Shown here: positions 1 to 10,402 of the stretch, piece by piece
Position numbering within the stretch: the first letter of the stretch is position 1
Layout of the letters: every line of letters begins with the position of its first letter
Assembly (NCBI GenBank): GCA_002365865.1
Contig: DFAQ01000031.1
Coordinates: forward strand, 5-64,004
Direction: 5' to 3'
DNA from: Pelotomaculum sp. UBA3102
Lineage (GTDB): Bacteria; Bacillota; Desulfotomaculia; Desulfotomaculales; Pelotomaculaceae
DNA: 64,000 nucleotides
Translations under genes and position numbers: made by a program
Notes under the pieces: model-generated
Told to the model about the DNA's origin: nothing
Seen by the model: only the letters and a program-made list of their open reading frames with translations
The model's database searches: none

Positions 1-85
1 ATTCTGATCAATTATTATTTCCCTCCCATGCTGCATGTCACTAAACCGTTACTAATATTCGACGTATTTTTATAAAATTCCTTTT

Positions 86-126
86 AAAAAAATTTGACCC
101 ACCCCACCGGACAACTCTTCGGTGGG
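86..126 (-). terminator. candidate intrinsic terminator downstream of spo0A
   Basis: 7-bp GC stem cccaccg/cggtggg (103-109 / 120-126). On the minus strand a T7 run (86-92) follows, but only after a 10-nt gap. Confidence 0.4.
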
Positions 127-141
127 CCTTTAAAAACTTGT

Positions 142-912
142 TTAACTTACCTTTGATTCTATCCTCAACTTATCCGCAACCATGGCAATAAATTCGCTGT
201 TTGTAGGCTTCCCGCGTTCCAGGTTAATAGTATAACCAAAAAACTTGGTCATCATATCGACATTACCCCGGTCCCAGGCAAGCTCAATAGCATGTCTTAT
301 GGCCCGTTCCACCCTGCTCGGAGTGGTTCGGAATTTTTGTGCGATCATAGGATAAAGCTCCTTGGTCACCGCTCCTAACAGATTAACATCACCAATAACC
401 ATTAAAATGGCATCTCTCAAGTAATGATAGCCCTTAATGTGCGCCGGCACACCCATCTCATGAATGATATTGGTTACGGCCACATCTAAATTTTTCGGTT
501 TTGCTTGGTTAATGTATTCAGATACATTAACTCCTTCTGCAAGCTGTCGAATCCGGTTGGCAAGAATATTAAAATCAAAAGGTTTTAAGATATAATAATG
601 AGCCCCCAGCTCGACGGCTCTCTGGGTCACACTTTCCTGACCGAAAGCAGTCAGCATAATAACCTTCGGTTTGTTGCCCTGACTGCCGGTTAAAAGTTTT
701 TCCAGTACCCCGATGCCGTCAAGGTGGGGCATTATAATATCTAAAACCACAACATCCGGATTGCCTTCCCTGATCATTTCCAGGGCTTCAAGCCCATTAT
801 AAGCAATACCAATAAGATTAAAATCTTCCTGTTGGTTAATAAATTCTTTTAATAATTCGCAAAACTCTCTGTTGTCATCTGCTATTAAAAGCCTAATAGC
901 TTTACTTGACAT
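142..912 (-). CDS. spo0A: Spo0A, master sporulation response regulator
   Basis: 256 aa. N-terminal receiver domain (LLIADDN..., [13 protein letters not shown]) plus the Spo0A-specific C-terminal DNA-binding domain ([27 protein letters not shown]). Lies next to spoIVB as in Bacillus and Clostridium. Confidence 0.95.
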   Translation of the reverse strand: MSSKAIRLLIADDNREFCELLKEFINQQEDFNLIGIAYNGLEALEMIREGNPDVVVLDIIMPHLDGIGVLEKLLTGSQGNKPKVIMLTAFGQESVTQRAVELGAHYYILKPFDFNILANRIRQLAEGVNVSEYINQAKPKNLDVAVTNIIHEMGVPAHIKGYHYLRDAILMVIGDVNLLGAVTKELYPMIAQKFRTTPSRVERAIRHAIELAWDRGNVDMMTKFFGYTINLERGKPTNSEFIAMVADKLRIESKVS

Positions 913-1086
913 GAAAAAACCCGCCTCCTGTTTTTTATATTTTCTAATATTTTCTAATTTCTACTAAACAACAGATTCGACGAACAAAAAAAAAGTCCTT
1001 CCAAACATCAATTAAATTTTAAAATTCTGGTAAATATTTTTTATAATTACAATTATTAGTATATGGCACTGATTTTATTTCTTTTT

Positions 1087-2271
1087 TTAGCTTGCAATTT
1101 TTGGTTCATTTAAATTATTTACTGTGCTTTTTAGGATGTTGGATTCATTCAACATCCATTCCACCGGTACGCCGTAACCTCTTACGGGATCGTTAACAAA
1201 GACATGGGTAACAGCACCGACCAATTTGTTATTCTGAATAATAGGACTTCCGCTCATGCCCTGGACAATACCGCCGGCCATATCCAAAAGCCGCCGGTCA
1301 GTAATCTTGAGCACTAATCCTTTTCCGTCTTCTCTTCCATGAAGATTTATTTCTGTAATTTCTACTCTGAAATTTTCCACTTTGTCCCCTTCAAGAACCG
1401 TTAAAACCTCTGCCTGTCCTTCATTTATTTCTTCAGCCGCGGCTACCTCCAACGGTTTATTATAAAATTGATTTTTAAGCGGTCTTTGCAGGATTCCGAA
1501 AATGCCGAGCCGTGTATTTTCTTCTATGGTCCCGTTTAAATTCGCCCCCTCATGTAATATCCCTATCTTTTCACCCGGTCGTCCCCGCTTGCCACGATAT
1601 ATTCCCTGCACGTCTGCTCCGATAATTTTACCCCCGGACAGTTCGAGCGGCTTTTCCGGGCTATTATTCAGATCACTGATGATATGACCCAAAGCACCGT
1701 AAAATAAATTTTCCGGTTCGTAAAAAGTCAGGGTGCCTATACCGGCAACACTGTCCTTGACTGACAGTCCCAGCCGGTAACCCAAGGTTTCCCTGCAAAA
1801 CACCGGGTCTATTCTGGTAAAGAAAATATCCTGGCCCCGCTTTATTTCTAGTATCGCGGGACATCCGGTTGTCCCGGCCCTTGCTACCATTTCTCTGAAT
1901 TGATTTTCATTCTTAACTGTAATACCATTTATTTTTAGAATGACATCTCCTGCCTTGATACCTGTACCTGCAGCCGGGTATGATATTTTGCCTGCCTCTG
2001 TCAGCACAGCGGATTGTCCTGTCACAACCACCCCTTTGGATTCAAGCAAAACACCGATTGACTGTCCGCCGGGGATAAGCCTTACTTGTAAGTTACCAAT
2101 ATAATCATTTAAACCTGTCCGGGCAAAATCAGAGAAACTCTGTTTCAGTGGTTTTTCAATAATGACCGTATGTTTTTCAGGCGGCAACGTTATATTTTGC
2201 GCCTGACAACTTAGAATTCCGGATAAAAATATTAAAATACCAAACAAAAAACCGCATGATTTCCGCTTCAA
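1087..2271 (-). CDS. spoIVB: SpoIVB signalling serine peptidase (S55)
   Basis: 394 aa. N-terminal signal/TM segment, PDZ-like segment (GIKAGDVILKINGITV), C-terminal peptidase region with GMSGSPII. Conserved position between recN and spo0A. Confidence 0.9.
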   Translation of the reverse strand: MKRKSCGFLFGILIFLSGILSCQAQNITLPPEKHTVIIEKPLKQSFSDFARTGLNDYIGNLQVRLIPGGQSIGVLLESKGVVVTGQSAVLTEAGKISYPAAGTGIKAGDVILKINGITVKNENQFREMVARAGTTGCPAILEIKRGQDIFFTRIDPVFCRETLGYRLGLSVKDSVAGIGTLTFYEPENLFYGALGHIISDLNNSPEKPLELSGGKIIGADVQGIYRGKRGRPGEKIGILHEGANLNGTIEENTRLGIFGILQRPLKNQFYNKPLEVAAAEEINEGQAEVLTVLEGDKVENFRVEITEINLHGREDGKGLVLKITDRRLLDMAGGIVQGMSGSPIIQNNKLVGAVTHVFVNDPVRGYGVPVEWMLNESNILKSTVNNLNEPKIAS

Positions 2272-2489
2272 GCATCACCCCTCCAATATTAGTGTCACCC
2301 CACCTCCAACCTTTTCAAGGTTAAATTAAACCATGAAAACCAAAGATATAACAAAAAATAAAAAGCTTTATTGTGTAATATTAAAATAACCTTAATAAAT
2401 CCCTAATATTACGCCTAAATATGTCTTTACTTGCCAATACGCCATTTTTATTGGCTTAATTTTAATTTGTAAGTTTTTTGGTCTATTAC

Positions 2490-2524
2490 CGTAAAAAAAC
2501 CGCGCTTGTATAATAAGCACGGTT
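2490..2524 (-). terminator. intrinsic terminator after recN
   Basis: On the minus-strand RNA, ccgugcuu-auuauac-aagcgcgg forms an 8-bp stem (one G-U pair) followed directly by U7. The plus-strand version has a C-A mismatch, so the orientation fits recN. Confidence 0.75.
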
Positions 2525-2554
2525 TTTTTAAAATTTTTGTAATTAACTGATAAA

Positions 2555-4243
2555 CTAACTTTCTGAGGCCGTCCGCAGCATCTGACCGGCATGCTTAAGG
2601 GTAATCTCGGTCACTTTTTTGCCCCCCAACATTCTGGCCAACTCCTTCAGCCTTCCTTGAGCATCAAGGGGCTCTACTTTAGTCAAGGTCCGCTCCCCTT
2701 CAATCTCTTTAACTACACGGTAGTGCGCCCCGGCGTAACTGGCTATTTGCGGGGAATGAGTAACACAGATTACCTGGCGCTGCTTACCCAAATGGGCCAT
2801 TTTTTCCGCTACCGCCTGAAGTGCCCGGCCCCCCACGCCTGTATCCGCTTCGTCAAAAACTAAAACCGGCAGGTCATCGGAGCCGGCCAGTAAAACTTTT
2901 ATGGCCAGCATGATCCTGGTAAGTTCTCCGCCTGATGCTATCTTTGACAAGGGCTTCAAAGGCTCCCCGGGGTTCGGAGAAATCAAAAATTCCACCCGCT
3001 CGGCTCCATCCTGGGATGGTCCTTCGATATCAGAAAAGACCGCCTTGAATTTCACCCCTCCCATTTCCAGGGAAAGTAGCTCACGGGTAACCGCTTTTTC
3101 AAGGGAACCCGCCGCCTCCCTTCGGGCAGTGCTTAAAAGAGCCGCTGCCCGGACATAAGCTGCCTCTAATTCTTCTAACTCCCTACCGGCAGCGTCAGTT
3201 AATTCAGAGCAATCTTCCAGGGATGCCAGCTCACTCCGGGCAGAATCAAGGTACTTCAGTATTTCAGGAAGCGTTGCCCCGTACTTTTTTTTAAGCTTCC
3301 CTATCTGCTCCAGCCTTTCCTCCACTGCTTCCAACCTTTGGGGATTATACTCGATCCCGTCCCGGTAACCAGCCAGTTCTCTTGCCGCGTCTTCCACCTG
3401 GTAAAGGGAATTTTCCAGTACAGCTAATATATTCCCCACCCTTTTATCCAGTTCAACCAGGCTTTTCAGCGCATCTACAGCACCGGCCATAAGTTCCACT
3501 ACCGGAACACAACCGTTGTCCCCCTCATAAAGCATCATATGAGCACGGGCAGCCAGCAGGGCAATATTTTCTGAATTTACAAGCATATTTTTTTCGCCGG
3601 TCAATTCCTCGTCCTCACCCGGAACGAGACCGGCTTGTTCAATCTCTTCGATCTGGTAATTGAGTAATTCTACCCGGCTAGCTCTTTCTTCCGCATTTTC
3701 ATGAAGCATTTTAAAATTGTCGCGTGCTTTCTTCCACCTTAAAAAAACATCCTTAACCTCATCCAGAGCGTTGAGCAGTTTTGCCCCTCCGAACCGGTCC
3801 AGAAGCAGACGGTGTTTATTCTGATCGAGAAGAGAATTTTGCTCGTGCTGCATATGCATATCTACCATGTTTTTACCGATACTTCTGAAAAACGCCAGTG
3901 GTACCACCTGGCCGTTAATCCGGCAAATATTTTTTCCGGACCGGGATATTTCCCGCGACAAAATCAATACGCCGTCCTCCGGCCTTTCAACTCCCTGTTC
4001 TTCCAGTAATGAACTAAAACAATCAATTCCGTTGATATCAAAGGCAGCCTGAACTATAGCTTTTTTTGCCCCGGCACGGACCTGATCCGTATGAGCCCGT
4101 CCTCCCAGGGCCAATTGCATCGCATCAACAATAATGGACTTCCCTGCGCCTGTTTCGCCGGTAAGCACATTTAAACCGGCTTGAAAGTCCGTCTTTAATT
4201 GGTCAATAATACCAAAATTCTTGATAAAAATATGCACCAACAT
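2555..4243 (-). CDS. recN: DNA repair protein RecN
   Basis: 562 aa. Walker A GETGAGKS, long central coiled coil, signature SGGELTRIMLA, Walker B VLVFDEADTGVGG. Confidence 0.95.
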   Translation of the reverse strand: MLVHIFIKNFGIIDQLKTDFQAGLNVLTGETGAGKSIIVDAMQLALGGRAHTDQVRAGAKKAIVQAAFDINGIDCFSSLLEEQGVERPEDGVLILSREISRSGKNICRINGQVVPLAFFRSIGKNMVDMHMQHEQNSLLDQNKHRLLLDRFGGAKLLNALDEVKDVFLRWKKARDNFKMLHENAEERASRVELLNYQIEEIEQAGLVPGEDEELTGEKNMLVNSENIALLAARAHMMLYEGDNGCVPVVELMAGAVDALKSLVELDKRVGNILAVLENSLYQVEDAARELAGYRDGIEYNPQRLEAVEERLEQIGKLKKKYGATLPEILKYLDSARSELASLEDCSELTDAAGRELEELEAAYVRAAALLSTARREAAGSLEKAVTRELLSLEMGGVKFKAVFSDIEGPSQDGAERVEFLISPNPGEPLKPLSKIASGGELTRIMLAIKVLLAGSDDLPVLVFDEADTGVGGRALQAVAEKMAHLGKQRQVICVTHSPQIASYAGAHYRVVKEIEGERTLTKVEPLDAQGRLKELARMLGGKKVTEITLKHAGQMLRTASES

Positions 4244-4257
4244 GCTCTCACCCCCTA

Positions 4258-4713
4258 TTACAGGTCCTCAAACCTCTTAAAAACAGCAGGGGCCGATTGC
4301 TTGGGCTTAACTACCACCAGTATGGTGTCATCACCGCCTACCGTGCCTATAATTTCCTGCCAGCCGGCCTGGTCTACGGCTGAAGCCAAAGCTTGCGCGC
4401 CACCGGGATGAGTTTTAATAATTACCAAATTTTCACTGATATTCATTGCTATCACTGAATCCCGGAACAATTTTTTTAGACGTCCTTCACTGTGGAAAAC
4501 AGGTGGTTCATCGCGGGAAGCATAGCGAAAAAAATTGTTTTTATCCGGTACCTTTACCAACCCAAGCTCCTTGATATCCCTAGAAACCGTTGCCTGGGTC
4601 ACCTCAAAACCGCTTTCCCTCAGGGAATTGGCAAGTTCCTCCTGGGTTTCAACCGGCCGGTTCTTAATTATTTCAAGAATTTTGTTCTGCCGCATGGCTT
4701 TCACTGGGAGCAC
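4258..4713 (-). CDS. argR: arginine repressor ArgR/AhrC
   Basis: 151 aa. N-terminal winged helix (QEELANSLRESGFEVTQATVSRDIKEL) and C-terminal oligomerisation/arginine motif GTVGGDDTILVV. The start is uncertain: GTG at 4713 or ATG at 4695. Confidence 0.9.
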   Translation of the reverse strand: MLPVKAMRQNKILEIIKNRPVETQEELANSLRESGFEVTQATVSRDIKELGLVKVPDKNNFFRYASRDEPPVFHSEGRLKKLFRDSVIAMNISENLVIIKTHPGGAQALASAVDQAGWQEIIGTVGGDDTILVVVKPKQSAPAVFKRFEDL

Positions 4714-5278
4714 CCGCCTTTTCGATAATAATAACCACCGGTGCGTTAGCAGCCCGATTTATAAAGCTGATTTTAACCACCCGGTATCTATTCCCGTCAA
4801 GGGTAGACGCCAGGGCCACTACCTTATCGTACTCCTCCCTGCCACCCGGATGACCGGTATAAACTACCAGCCCGATTCTCCCCCCGATCCTCAGCAGGTT
4901 CAGGGCCGACCTCAGGGCTTTGACAGTTGTACCGGCACGGGTAACCAGTGCATGAGTCCCCCCGGGCAGGTAACCCAGATTAAAAATAACGGCATCAACC
5001 GGACCGGGCACCATTCTTTCCATATCCTCATGACCGGCTTTTAAAAAAATTGCCCTTTTTGCAAGCCCCTCCTCTTCCAGTAAAGCCCGAGTCTTCTGTA
5101 GAGCCTCTTCCTGAATATCAAAAGTATAGACCCTTCCGCCGGGACCTACCAACCGGGCCAAAAAAAGGGTGTCTTTTCCATTACCCGCCGTAGCGTCCAC
5201 TGCAATACCGCCTTCTTTTACAGACTCCGAAATCAAAAGTTGCGACAGGTATACAGCGCTGCCCAGCCCTTTAGACAT
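4673..5278 (-). CDS. class I SAM-dependent methyltransferase (YtqB/MnmM-like putative RNA methylase)
   Basis: 201 aa. SAM-binding motif [11 protein letters not shown], then FNLGYLPGG. The family assignment is from memory of YtqB-type proteins. Confidence 0.65.
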   Translation of the reverse strand: MSKGLGSAVYLSQLLISESVKEGGIAVDATAGNGKDTLFLARLVGPGGRVYTFDIQEEALQKTRALLEEEGLAKRAIFLKAGHEDMERMVPGPVDAVIFNLGYLPGGTHALVTRAGTTVKALRSALNLLRIGGRIGLVVYTGHPGGREEYDKVVALASTLDGNRYRVVKISFINRAANAPVVIIIEKAGAPSESHAAEQNS

Positions 5279-6161
5279 TATTGTTCCGGTCTCCTTCTGC
5301 TAATTTTTTTCTTAAAACTTCATGAAAACTCCTGCCTTTCAGCCGTATTAATCTGGCTTTCCGCGGGGCCTGCTTGATTATAACCTCGTCCTGCCGGCGC
5401 AAGTTGAAACCTAATTGCCCGTCCATAGTAAGCATAAAATCTCCCCGGCTTGAACTAATAACCACCTTGACAATACTGTCCGGAGCGATAACCAAAGGCC
5501 TTGCCCCAAGGGAATGCGGGCAAATAGGTACCAGGAGCATAACTTCAAGTTCAGGTGTTACCAGGGGACCGCCGGCGGAGAGGGAATATGCCGTTGAGCC
5601 GGTGGGACTGGCAACAATCAAACCGTCTGCATGGTATGTATTAATATATTCATTATTAATGCTGGTTTCCAGATGAATCATCCTGGCAAAAGCACCTTTA
5701 CTTATAACGGCATCATTCAAGCAGACCAGGTGTTCCGCAACGCTACCCTGCCTATACACCAAGGCTTCCAGCATCATTCGTTCTTCGATGTGATAATGCC
5801 CGTACAACAGTTTTTCCAGAGAAGTATTTATTTCAGGAACATCTATTTCGGTAAGAAAACCGAGGTGACCAAGATTTATGCCTATTATCGGCGTACCCGT
5901 TCCGGCAACCTTACGCGCCGTTCTCAATAGGGTACCGTCCCCGCCGAAAACGATCATACACTGGGCATTTTTCACAATATGATTTTCGGAAACGCCGTCT
6001 CTTGATAAACTCAAGAGGGGTACTATATCTTTATCGATTAAAACTTCGCATCCCCTGTCTTCAAGCCAGCGTACAACCTGCTCTACAAGTTCGTGGACTC
6101 CTTTTTTTTCCCGGTTTACCACCAGCCCGAAAGTTTTCACGCCAAGACCTCCAAGATTCAC
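5271..6161 (-). CDS. nadK: NAD kinase
   Basis: 296 aa. GGDGTLL motif and [16 protein letters not shown] motif. Confidence 0.9.
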   Translation of the reverse strand: MNLGGLGVKTFGLVVNREKKGVHELVEQVVRWLEDRGCEVLIDKDIVPLLSLSRDGVSENHIVKNAQCMIVFGGDGTLLRTARKVAGTGTPIIGINLGHLGFLTEIDVPEINTSLEKLLYGHYHIEERMMLEALVYRQGSVAEHLVCLNDAVISKGAFARMIHLETSINNEYINTYHADGLIVASPTGSTAYSLSAGGPLVTPELEVMLLVPICPHSLGARPLVIAPDSIVKVVISSSRGDFMLTMDGQLGFNLRRQDEVIIKQAPRKARLIRLKGRSFHEVLRKKLAEGDRNNNV

Positions 6162-6217
6162 CGGTAAATTATATGCAATGGTTATTACTCCGGAAATAAA
6201 TGTTGCCCTTACATGAT

Positions 6218-7036
6218 CTACCTACAGTTTTTTTGCTTCAATTCGGTATGGGCTTTTTCAACCACCGCTGCTGCATTGATATCCGCGCTTTGCTTTCCTG
6301 ACTTCTTAAAATAAATCAAGTATTCAATGTTTCCTTCCGGGCCGGTTACCGGTGAAAAATCAAGCCCCCCTACAATCCAGCCGGACTCCAAAATAAATTT
6401 GATTATGCTTGAAAGCACATCTATGTGGACCGGTATTTCACGTACCACGCCTTTTTTCCCGACTTGCTCACGTCCGGCCTCAAACTGCGGTTTAATCAGG
6501 GCGACACCTGAAGCATCCGGAACCGTCAGGTCGCCGACTCTCGGTAAAACCTTACTCAGCGAGATAAATGAAACATCGATTACGGCAAAATCAGGGGGGA
6601 TTTTTAAAGCATCATTGGTAAGATAACGGATATTGGTGCGTTCCATTACTACAACCTGCGGGTCTTTCCTTAACTGCCAGGCGAGTTGTCCGTAACCTAC
6701 ATCCACCGCGTAAACCAGCCTGGCCCCATGTTTCAGGACACAATCCGTAAAACCTCCGGTTGAAGCGCCAACATCCAAAACCACCCGGTCCTCCAGATCG
6801 AGGCCGAAAACTTTGATCGCTTTTTCCAGTTTTAGCCCACCGCGGCTTACATATGGTACGGGATTACCTTTTAAATCAACGGTGTCTTCAGCACTGATCA
6901 TTAAGCCGGGTTTATCAGCCCTTTCCCCGTTAACAAAAACCAGGCCCTCCATAATAGCAGTCCGGGCCTTTTCACGACTCGGGCAATATCCTTCTCCGGT
7001 CAGCCGGACATCCAGCCTTTGCTTTTTTCGGGACAA
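6218..7036 (-). CDS. tlyA: TlyA-family rRNA 2'-O-methyltransferase
   Basis: 272 aa. S4-like N-terminus, FtsJ-type SAM motif [13 protein letters not shown]. Conserved position next to dxs. Confidence 0.88.
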   Translation of the reverse strand: MSRKKQRLDVRLTGEGYCPSREKARTAIMEGLVFVNGERADKPGLMISAEDTVDLKGNPVPYVSRGGLKLEKAIKVFGLDLEDRVVLDVGASTGGFTDCVLKHGARLVYAVDVGYGQLAWQLRKDPQVVVMERTNIRYLTNDALKIPPDFAVIDVSFISLSKVLPRVGDLTVPDASGVALIKPQFEAGREQVGKKGVVREIPVHIDVLSSIIKFILESGWIVGGLDFSPVTGPEGNIEYLIYFKKSGKQSADINAAAVVEKAHTELKQKNCR

Positions 7037-7073
7037 TCAGCACACCACCCGGATTCTTTCGGCCCAGTGCAGC

Positions 7074-8993
7074 TTAAACCGGTGTCTCGGTTGAAACCGC
7101 TCTGAGCTTGGTATAACGTTTTCTTTGAATCAGCTTGTCCACAACTACCTTGACTACGTGTTCTACCGTAAGTCCGTACTTATTCATCAGCAAAGGCGGT
7201 TTACCGTGTTCCACAAAAGTATCCGGTATACCAACGCATTGCACTCTCGTATTATGCAGTCCGGCATCATTCAATAGTTCCAGCACGGCACTGCCAAACC
7301 CGCCTTGCAAAACGTGTTCTTCAACAGTTAAAATCCTGCCGGTCCTTTCGGCAAAATGCAGGATTATCTCCCGATCTAAAGGTTTAACAAATCTGGCATT
7401 AACTACTGTCGCCTTAATTCCCAGAAATCCTAAATCTCCCGCAGCTTTTTCAGCCAGACAGACCATACTCCCTAAAGCCAGTAAGGTGACGTCCTTTCCT
7501 TCCCTCAGCACTTCTGCTTTTCCTATAGGAATTGTTTTAAATTCGTTATCCATCTTACTTCCGACTCCTGCACCGCGAGGATAACGCACGGCGGAAGGGC
7601 CCGGGTGTTTTACCGCTGTAGCGATCATGTGCTGAAGCTCATTCTCATCCTTCGGCGCCATAACCACCATGCCGGGAATCGGTCTTAAATATGCAATATC
7701 AAAGAGTCCCTGGTGGGTTGCACCATCATCTCCCACTATACCCGCCCGGTCAACCGCAAAAGTTACGGGGAGATTTTGGAGACATACATCGTGCAGAATT
7801 TGATCATAAGCACGTTGCAGAAAAGTTGAATAAACCGCCACTACCGGGTGATACCCTCCGGCAGCCATTCCGGCAGCCAGTGTTACAGCATGTTGTTCGG
7901 CGATGCCCACGTCAAAGAAGCGTTCCGGGTAAAGGCGGGCAAAATTTTCCAGCCCGGTTCCTCCTTGCATTGCCGCCGTAACCGCCACGATATTCTTATC
8001 AACCCGGGCCAGCTTTGATAACGTACGGCCGAATACATCGGTATATGAAGGAATATTGCTTTTCTTTATCGCTTCTCCGCTTTCAATATTAAAGGCCCCG
8101 ATTCCGTGAAACCGGTCGGGATTTTTTTCGGCCGGACGATATCCCTTACCTTTTTTCGTCAGTACGTGTACCAAAACAGGCCCTTTTAAAGACCTGGCCT
8201 GTTGTAAAATTGTAGTAACCGCTCTTAGATCATGACCGTCAACCGGGCCGAGGTAGATAAAACCCAGTTCTTCAAAAAACATTCCGGGAACCACCAGATA
8301 TTTCAGGCTGTCCTTTACCTTCTCCCCAAACCGCAACAGGGTTGAACCGATGGGAATTTTGCGTAATAATTGCTCTACTTCTTCCTTGCCCCTGGAATAC
8401 ATCGGGTCGGTTCTCAATCTGGTCAGATAACCGGACATTGCCCCGACATTTTGGGTAATAGACATTTCATTGTCATTTAGGATTACGATCAGATCTTTTT
8501 TCAGATGCCCGGCATGGTTAAGCGCTTCAAATGCCATCCCCCCGGTCATAGCCCCGTCTCCGATGACTGCCACTACCGAATATTTTTCATTTTTTAAATC
8601 CCGTGCCACAGCCATACCAAGGGCGGCAGAGATAGAAGTACTGCTGTGTCCCGTACCAAAGGAGTCATGTTCGCTTTCCTCGGGCTGCGGAAAACCGCTT
8701 AAACCGCCGAACTGGCGAAGAGTGCTGAATTGTTCCCGCCTTCCTGTAATCAGCTTATGTGCGTAACTCTGGTGTCCCACGTCCCATATAATCTTGTCGC
8801 CAGGGGTTTTAAAAATCCGGTGTAAAGCCAGGGTCAGTTCTACAACCCCTAGACTGGGAGCAATGTGGCCTCCTGTCCGGGCCACAGTATTAATAATTTC
8901 CCTGCGAATTTCACCGGCCAGTTCATTCAATTCTGTAAAAGCCAGCGAGCGAACGTCCCTTGGAGAATTCACCTTTTCCAGCAACTTACCCAC
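7074..8993 (-). CDS. dxs: 1-deoxy-D-xylulose-5-phosphate synthase
   Basis: 639 aa. [17 protein letters not shown] motif [15 protein letters not shown], transketolase-like C-terminal domains. Confidence 0.95.
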   Translation of the reverse strand: MGKLLEKVNSPRDVRSLAFTELNELAGEIRREIINTVARTGGHIAPSLGVVELTLALHRIFKTPGDKIIWDVGHQSYAHKLITGRREQFSTLRQFGGLSGFPQPEESEHDSFGTGHSSTSISAALGMAVARDLKNEKYSVVAVIGDGAMTGGMAFEALNHAGHLKKDLIVILNDNEMSITQNVGAMSGYLTRLRTDPMYSRGKEEVEQLLRKIPIGSTLLRFGEKVKDSLKYLVVPGMFFEELGFIYLGPVDGHDLRAVTTILQQARSLKGPVLVHVLTKKGKGYRPAEKNPDRFHGIGAFNIESGEAIKKSNIPSYTDVFGRTLSKLARVDKNIVAVTAAMQGGTGLENFARLYPERFFDVGIAEQHAVTLAAGMAAGGYHPVVAVYSTFLQRAYDQILHDVCLQNLPVTFAVDRAGIVGDDGATHQGLFDIAYLRPIPGMVVMAPKDENELQHMIATAVKHPGPSAVRYPRGAGVGSKMDNEFKTIPIGKAEVLREGKDVTLLALGSMVCLAEKAAGDLGFLGIKATVVNARFVKPLDREIILHFAERTGRILTVEEHVLQGGFGSAVLELLNDAGLHNTRVQCVGIPDTFVEHGKPPLLMNKYGLTVEHVVKVVVDKLIQRKRYTKLRAVSTETPV

Positions 8994-8996
8994 GTT

Positions 8997-9596
8997 TTAC
9001 CTTACCCTCCTGTTTCTGGATGAACCACGTTGCTTCTGAAACGGACTGAATCCGGTTATGCTCTCTATCTTGGCCAAAGCCCTTCCGGTAATAAAAATTA
9101 TATCATCAGGATGGCTTAATGCTATTTTTTTACCAACCGCCTTACTAGAAACAATCACCGCGGCAATTAATGCGGTGACCAAAACATTTAGCCAGAATTT
9201 ACTTATTCCGGGCTCGAGCAACATTATTTGAACCACTATTGATATCCCCAAGGCACCTCCAACGGTAGTAATGATGTCACCTATGACATCATTAGCCAGA
9301 TTAGCCACCCTGTCAGCATTATGGATTAGTTGAAGTCCCTGTACCGCACCGGAAATCCGCTTGGCCGCCTTGGCATTGAAAGGAGTATGTGAAGCAGCAG
9401 TAACCGCAGTACCGATAACATCTGAGATTGTATTTATGATTATAATTATCATCAAAAATACACATGATAAGAATATACTGTTTAATCTTGAAGCAAAAGT
9501 TTCAGAAAAAAAAGTAAAAACTACGCCAAGAAAAAAAGAACCTATTGCTACAAAAAATATATATCTACTGGAAACAGTAGATTTATTATTACCCAA
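8997..9596 (-). CDS. oapA: small multi-pass membrane protein, OapA-like (OLE-associated protein A candidate)
   Basis: 199 aa with about 4 hydrophobic helices. TTG start preceded by GAGGTGA. Lies directly downstream of the OLE-like RNA and upstream of dxs, which is the canonical oapA position. No sequence comparison was run. Confidence 0.6.
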   Translation of the reverse strand: MGNNKSTVSSRYIFFVAIGSFFLGVVFTFFSETFASRLNSIFLSCVFLMIIIIINTISDVIGTAVTAASHTPFNAKAAKRISGAVQGLQLIHNADRVANLANDVIGDIITTVGGALGISIVVQIMLLEPGISKFWLNVLVTALIAAVIVSSKAVGKKIALSHPDDIIFITGRALAKIESITGFSPFQKQRGSSRNRRVR

Positions 9597-9666
9597 AAAA
9601 AGTCACCTCATACTGTTGTCAAGAAAGGGTATATTAAAATATATTCAATCCAAAATAAATATTAGC

Positions 9667-10268
9667 AATAAGTGACAACAGGCCGGGTAAATATTGTGGC
9701 TTAGGTCCAGCAGGTTTTCCCAAACAGCTACCGGCTGTCGCCAAACCGGCGGTTTCCCTTTAAAACCGTTTCCGACCGTTACCGGGTACGGAGCTGGATT
9801 ACCACTCAGTCCACACTGCAATCCCCGGCCTGTCACGGCATATCCCGAACAGCCTAGGAGTTTTCCTCGACAGCATTACCTTTTCTAGCCTCTTTTGCAG
9901 TAAGGGTTTCAATCAACAAACTAACCGGACACGGGCCCATGCCGGTCGCCTGTAAAACCGAAATCCACCCATACCACTCAAGGCAGGCTACACTACACGC
10001 AGCTGTAACCACGTGCAGGTTCCCACCCCAAGCCATAGTTGACCACATCAAGATTGTCGCGACGTAGCTGCCCACGCACTTGGGTCTCCACGGGGGTGGG
10101 GTCAACGCCTACATGCCATTGCAGGTCGCCCCACCCCCTTAACTCCCAGTACCGACCCCTGACTGGGCGTCAATAGCCAGCACCAGGAACTTCATCGATG
10201 TGCCCTTGACGGATTTTTAGCCCCGCCTTCAAAAAGGTTCCACTGACTAGGATACTGTGTCACTTATT
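9667..10268 (-). ncRNA. OLE-class (ornate, large, extremophilic) structured RNA
   Basis: About 600 nt, GC-rich and ORF-poor, between AT-rich spacers. Its two ends form a 14-bp closing helix (10255-10268 with 9667-9681, one bulge). The ispA-RNA-oapA-dxs synteny is typical of OLE RNAs. The length matches the ~610-nt class. Confidence 0.7.
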
Positions 10269-10290
10269 ATAGAAACTTATTCAACATGTA

Positions 10291-10320
10291 ATTATAACAC
10301 AAACAATATTTACATGACAA
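10291..10320 (-). promoter_or_regulatory. candidate sigma-A promoter for the OLE-like RNA
   Basis: Minus strand reads TTGTCA (10320-10315), an 18-nt spacer, then TATAAT (10296-10291). The predicted start is about 15 nt upstream of the closing helix. Confidence 0.35.
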
Positions 10321-10402
10321 ATACTGTTAAGGCGCTTTTATTTTTCTTTGCTGGGACAAAATATTTTATTTAAATAATTATTTAATTAAAATAAACCTAA
10401 AA

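Noticed and set aside
1-60. A possible minus-strand gene start (GGGAGGG RBS followed by TTG at about position 13) running off the left edge.
   Set aside because: Only about 4 codons lie inside the window, so it cannot be evaluated.
976-984. TTCGACGAA upstream of spo0A, considered as a Spo0A (0A-box, TGNCGAA) autoregulatory site.
   Set aside because: It is a single overlapping 6/7 match in an AT-rich region, which is within chance expectation. I cannot place it relative to a mapped promoter.
9645-10105. Three ORF-track entries inside the OLE-like interval: 9645-9836 (minus), 9694-9888 (plus) and 9854-10105 (minus).
   Set aside because: They overlap one another on both strands, lack ribosome-binding sites and have odd Pro/Gly/Trp/Cys-rich compositions. 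The interval is better explained as a structured RNA.
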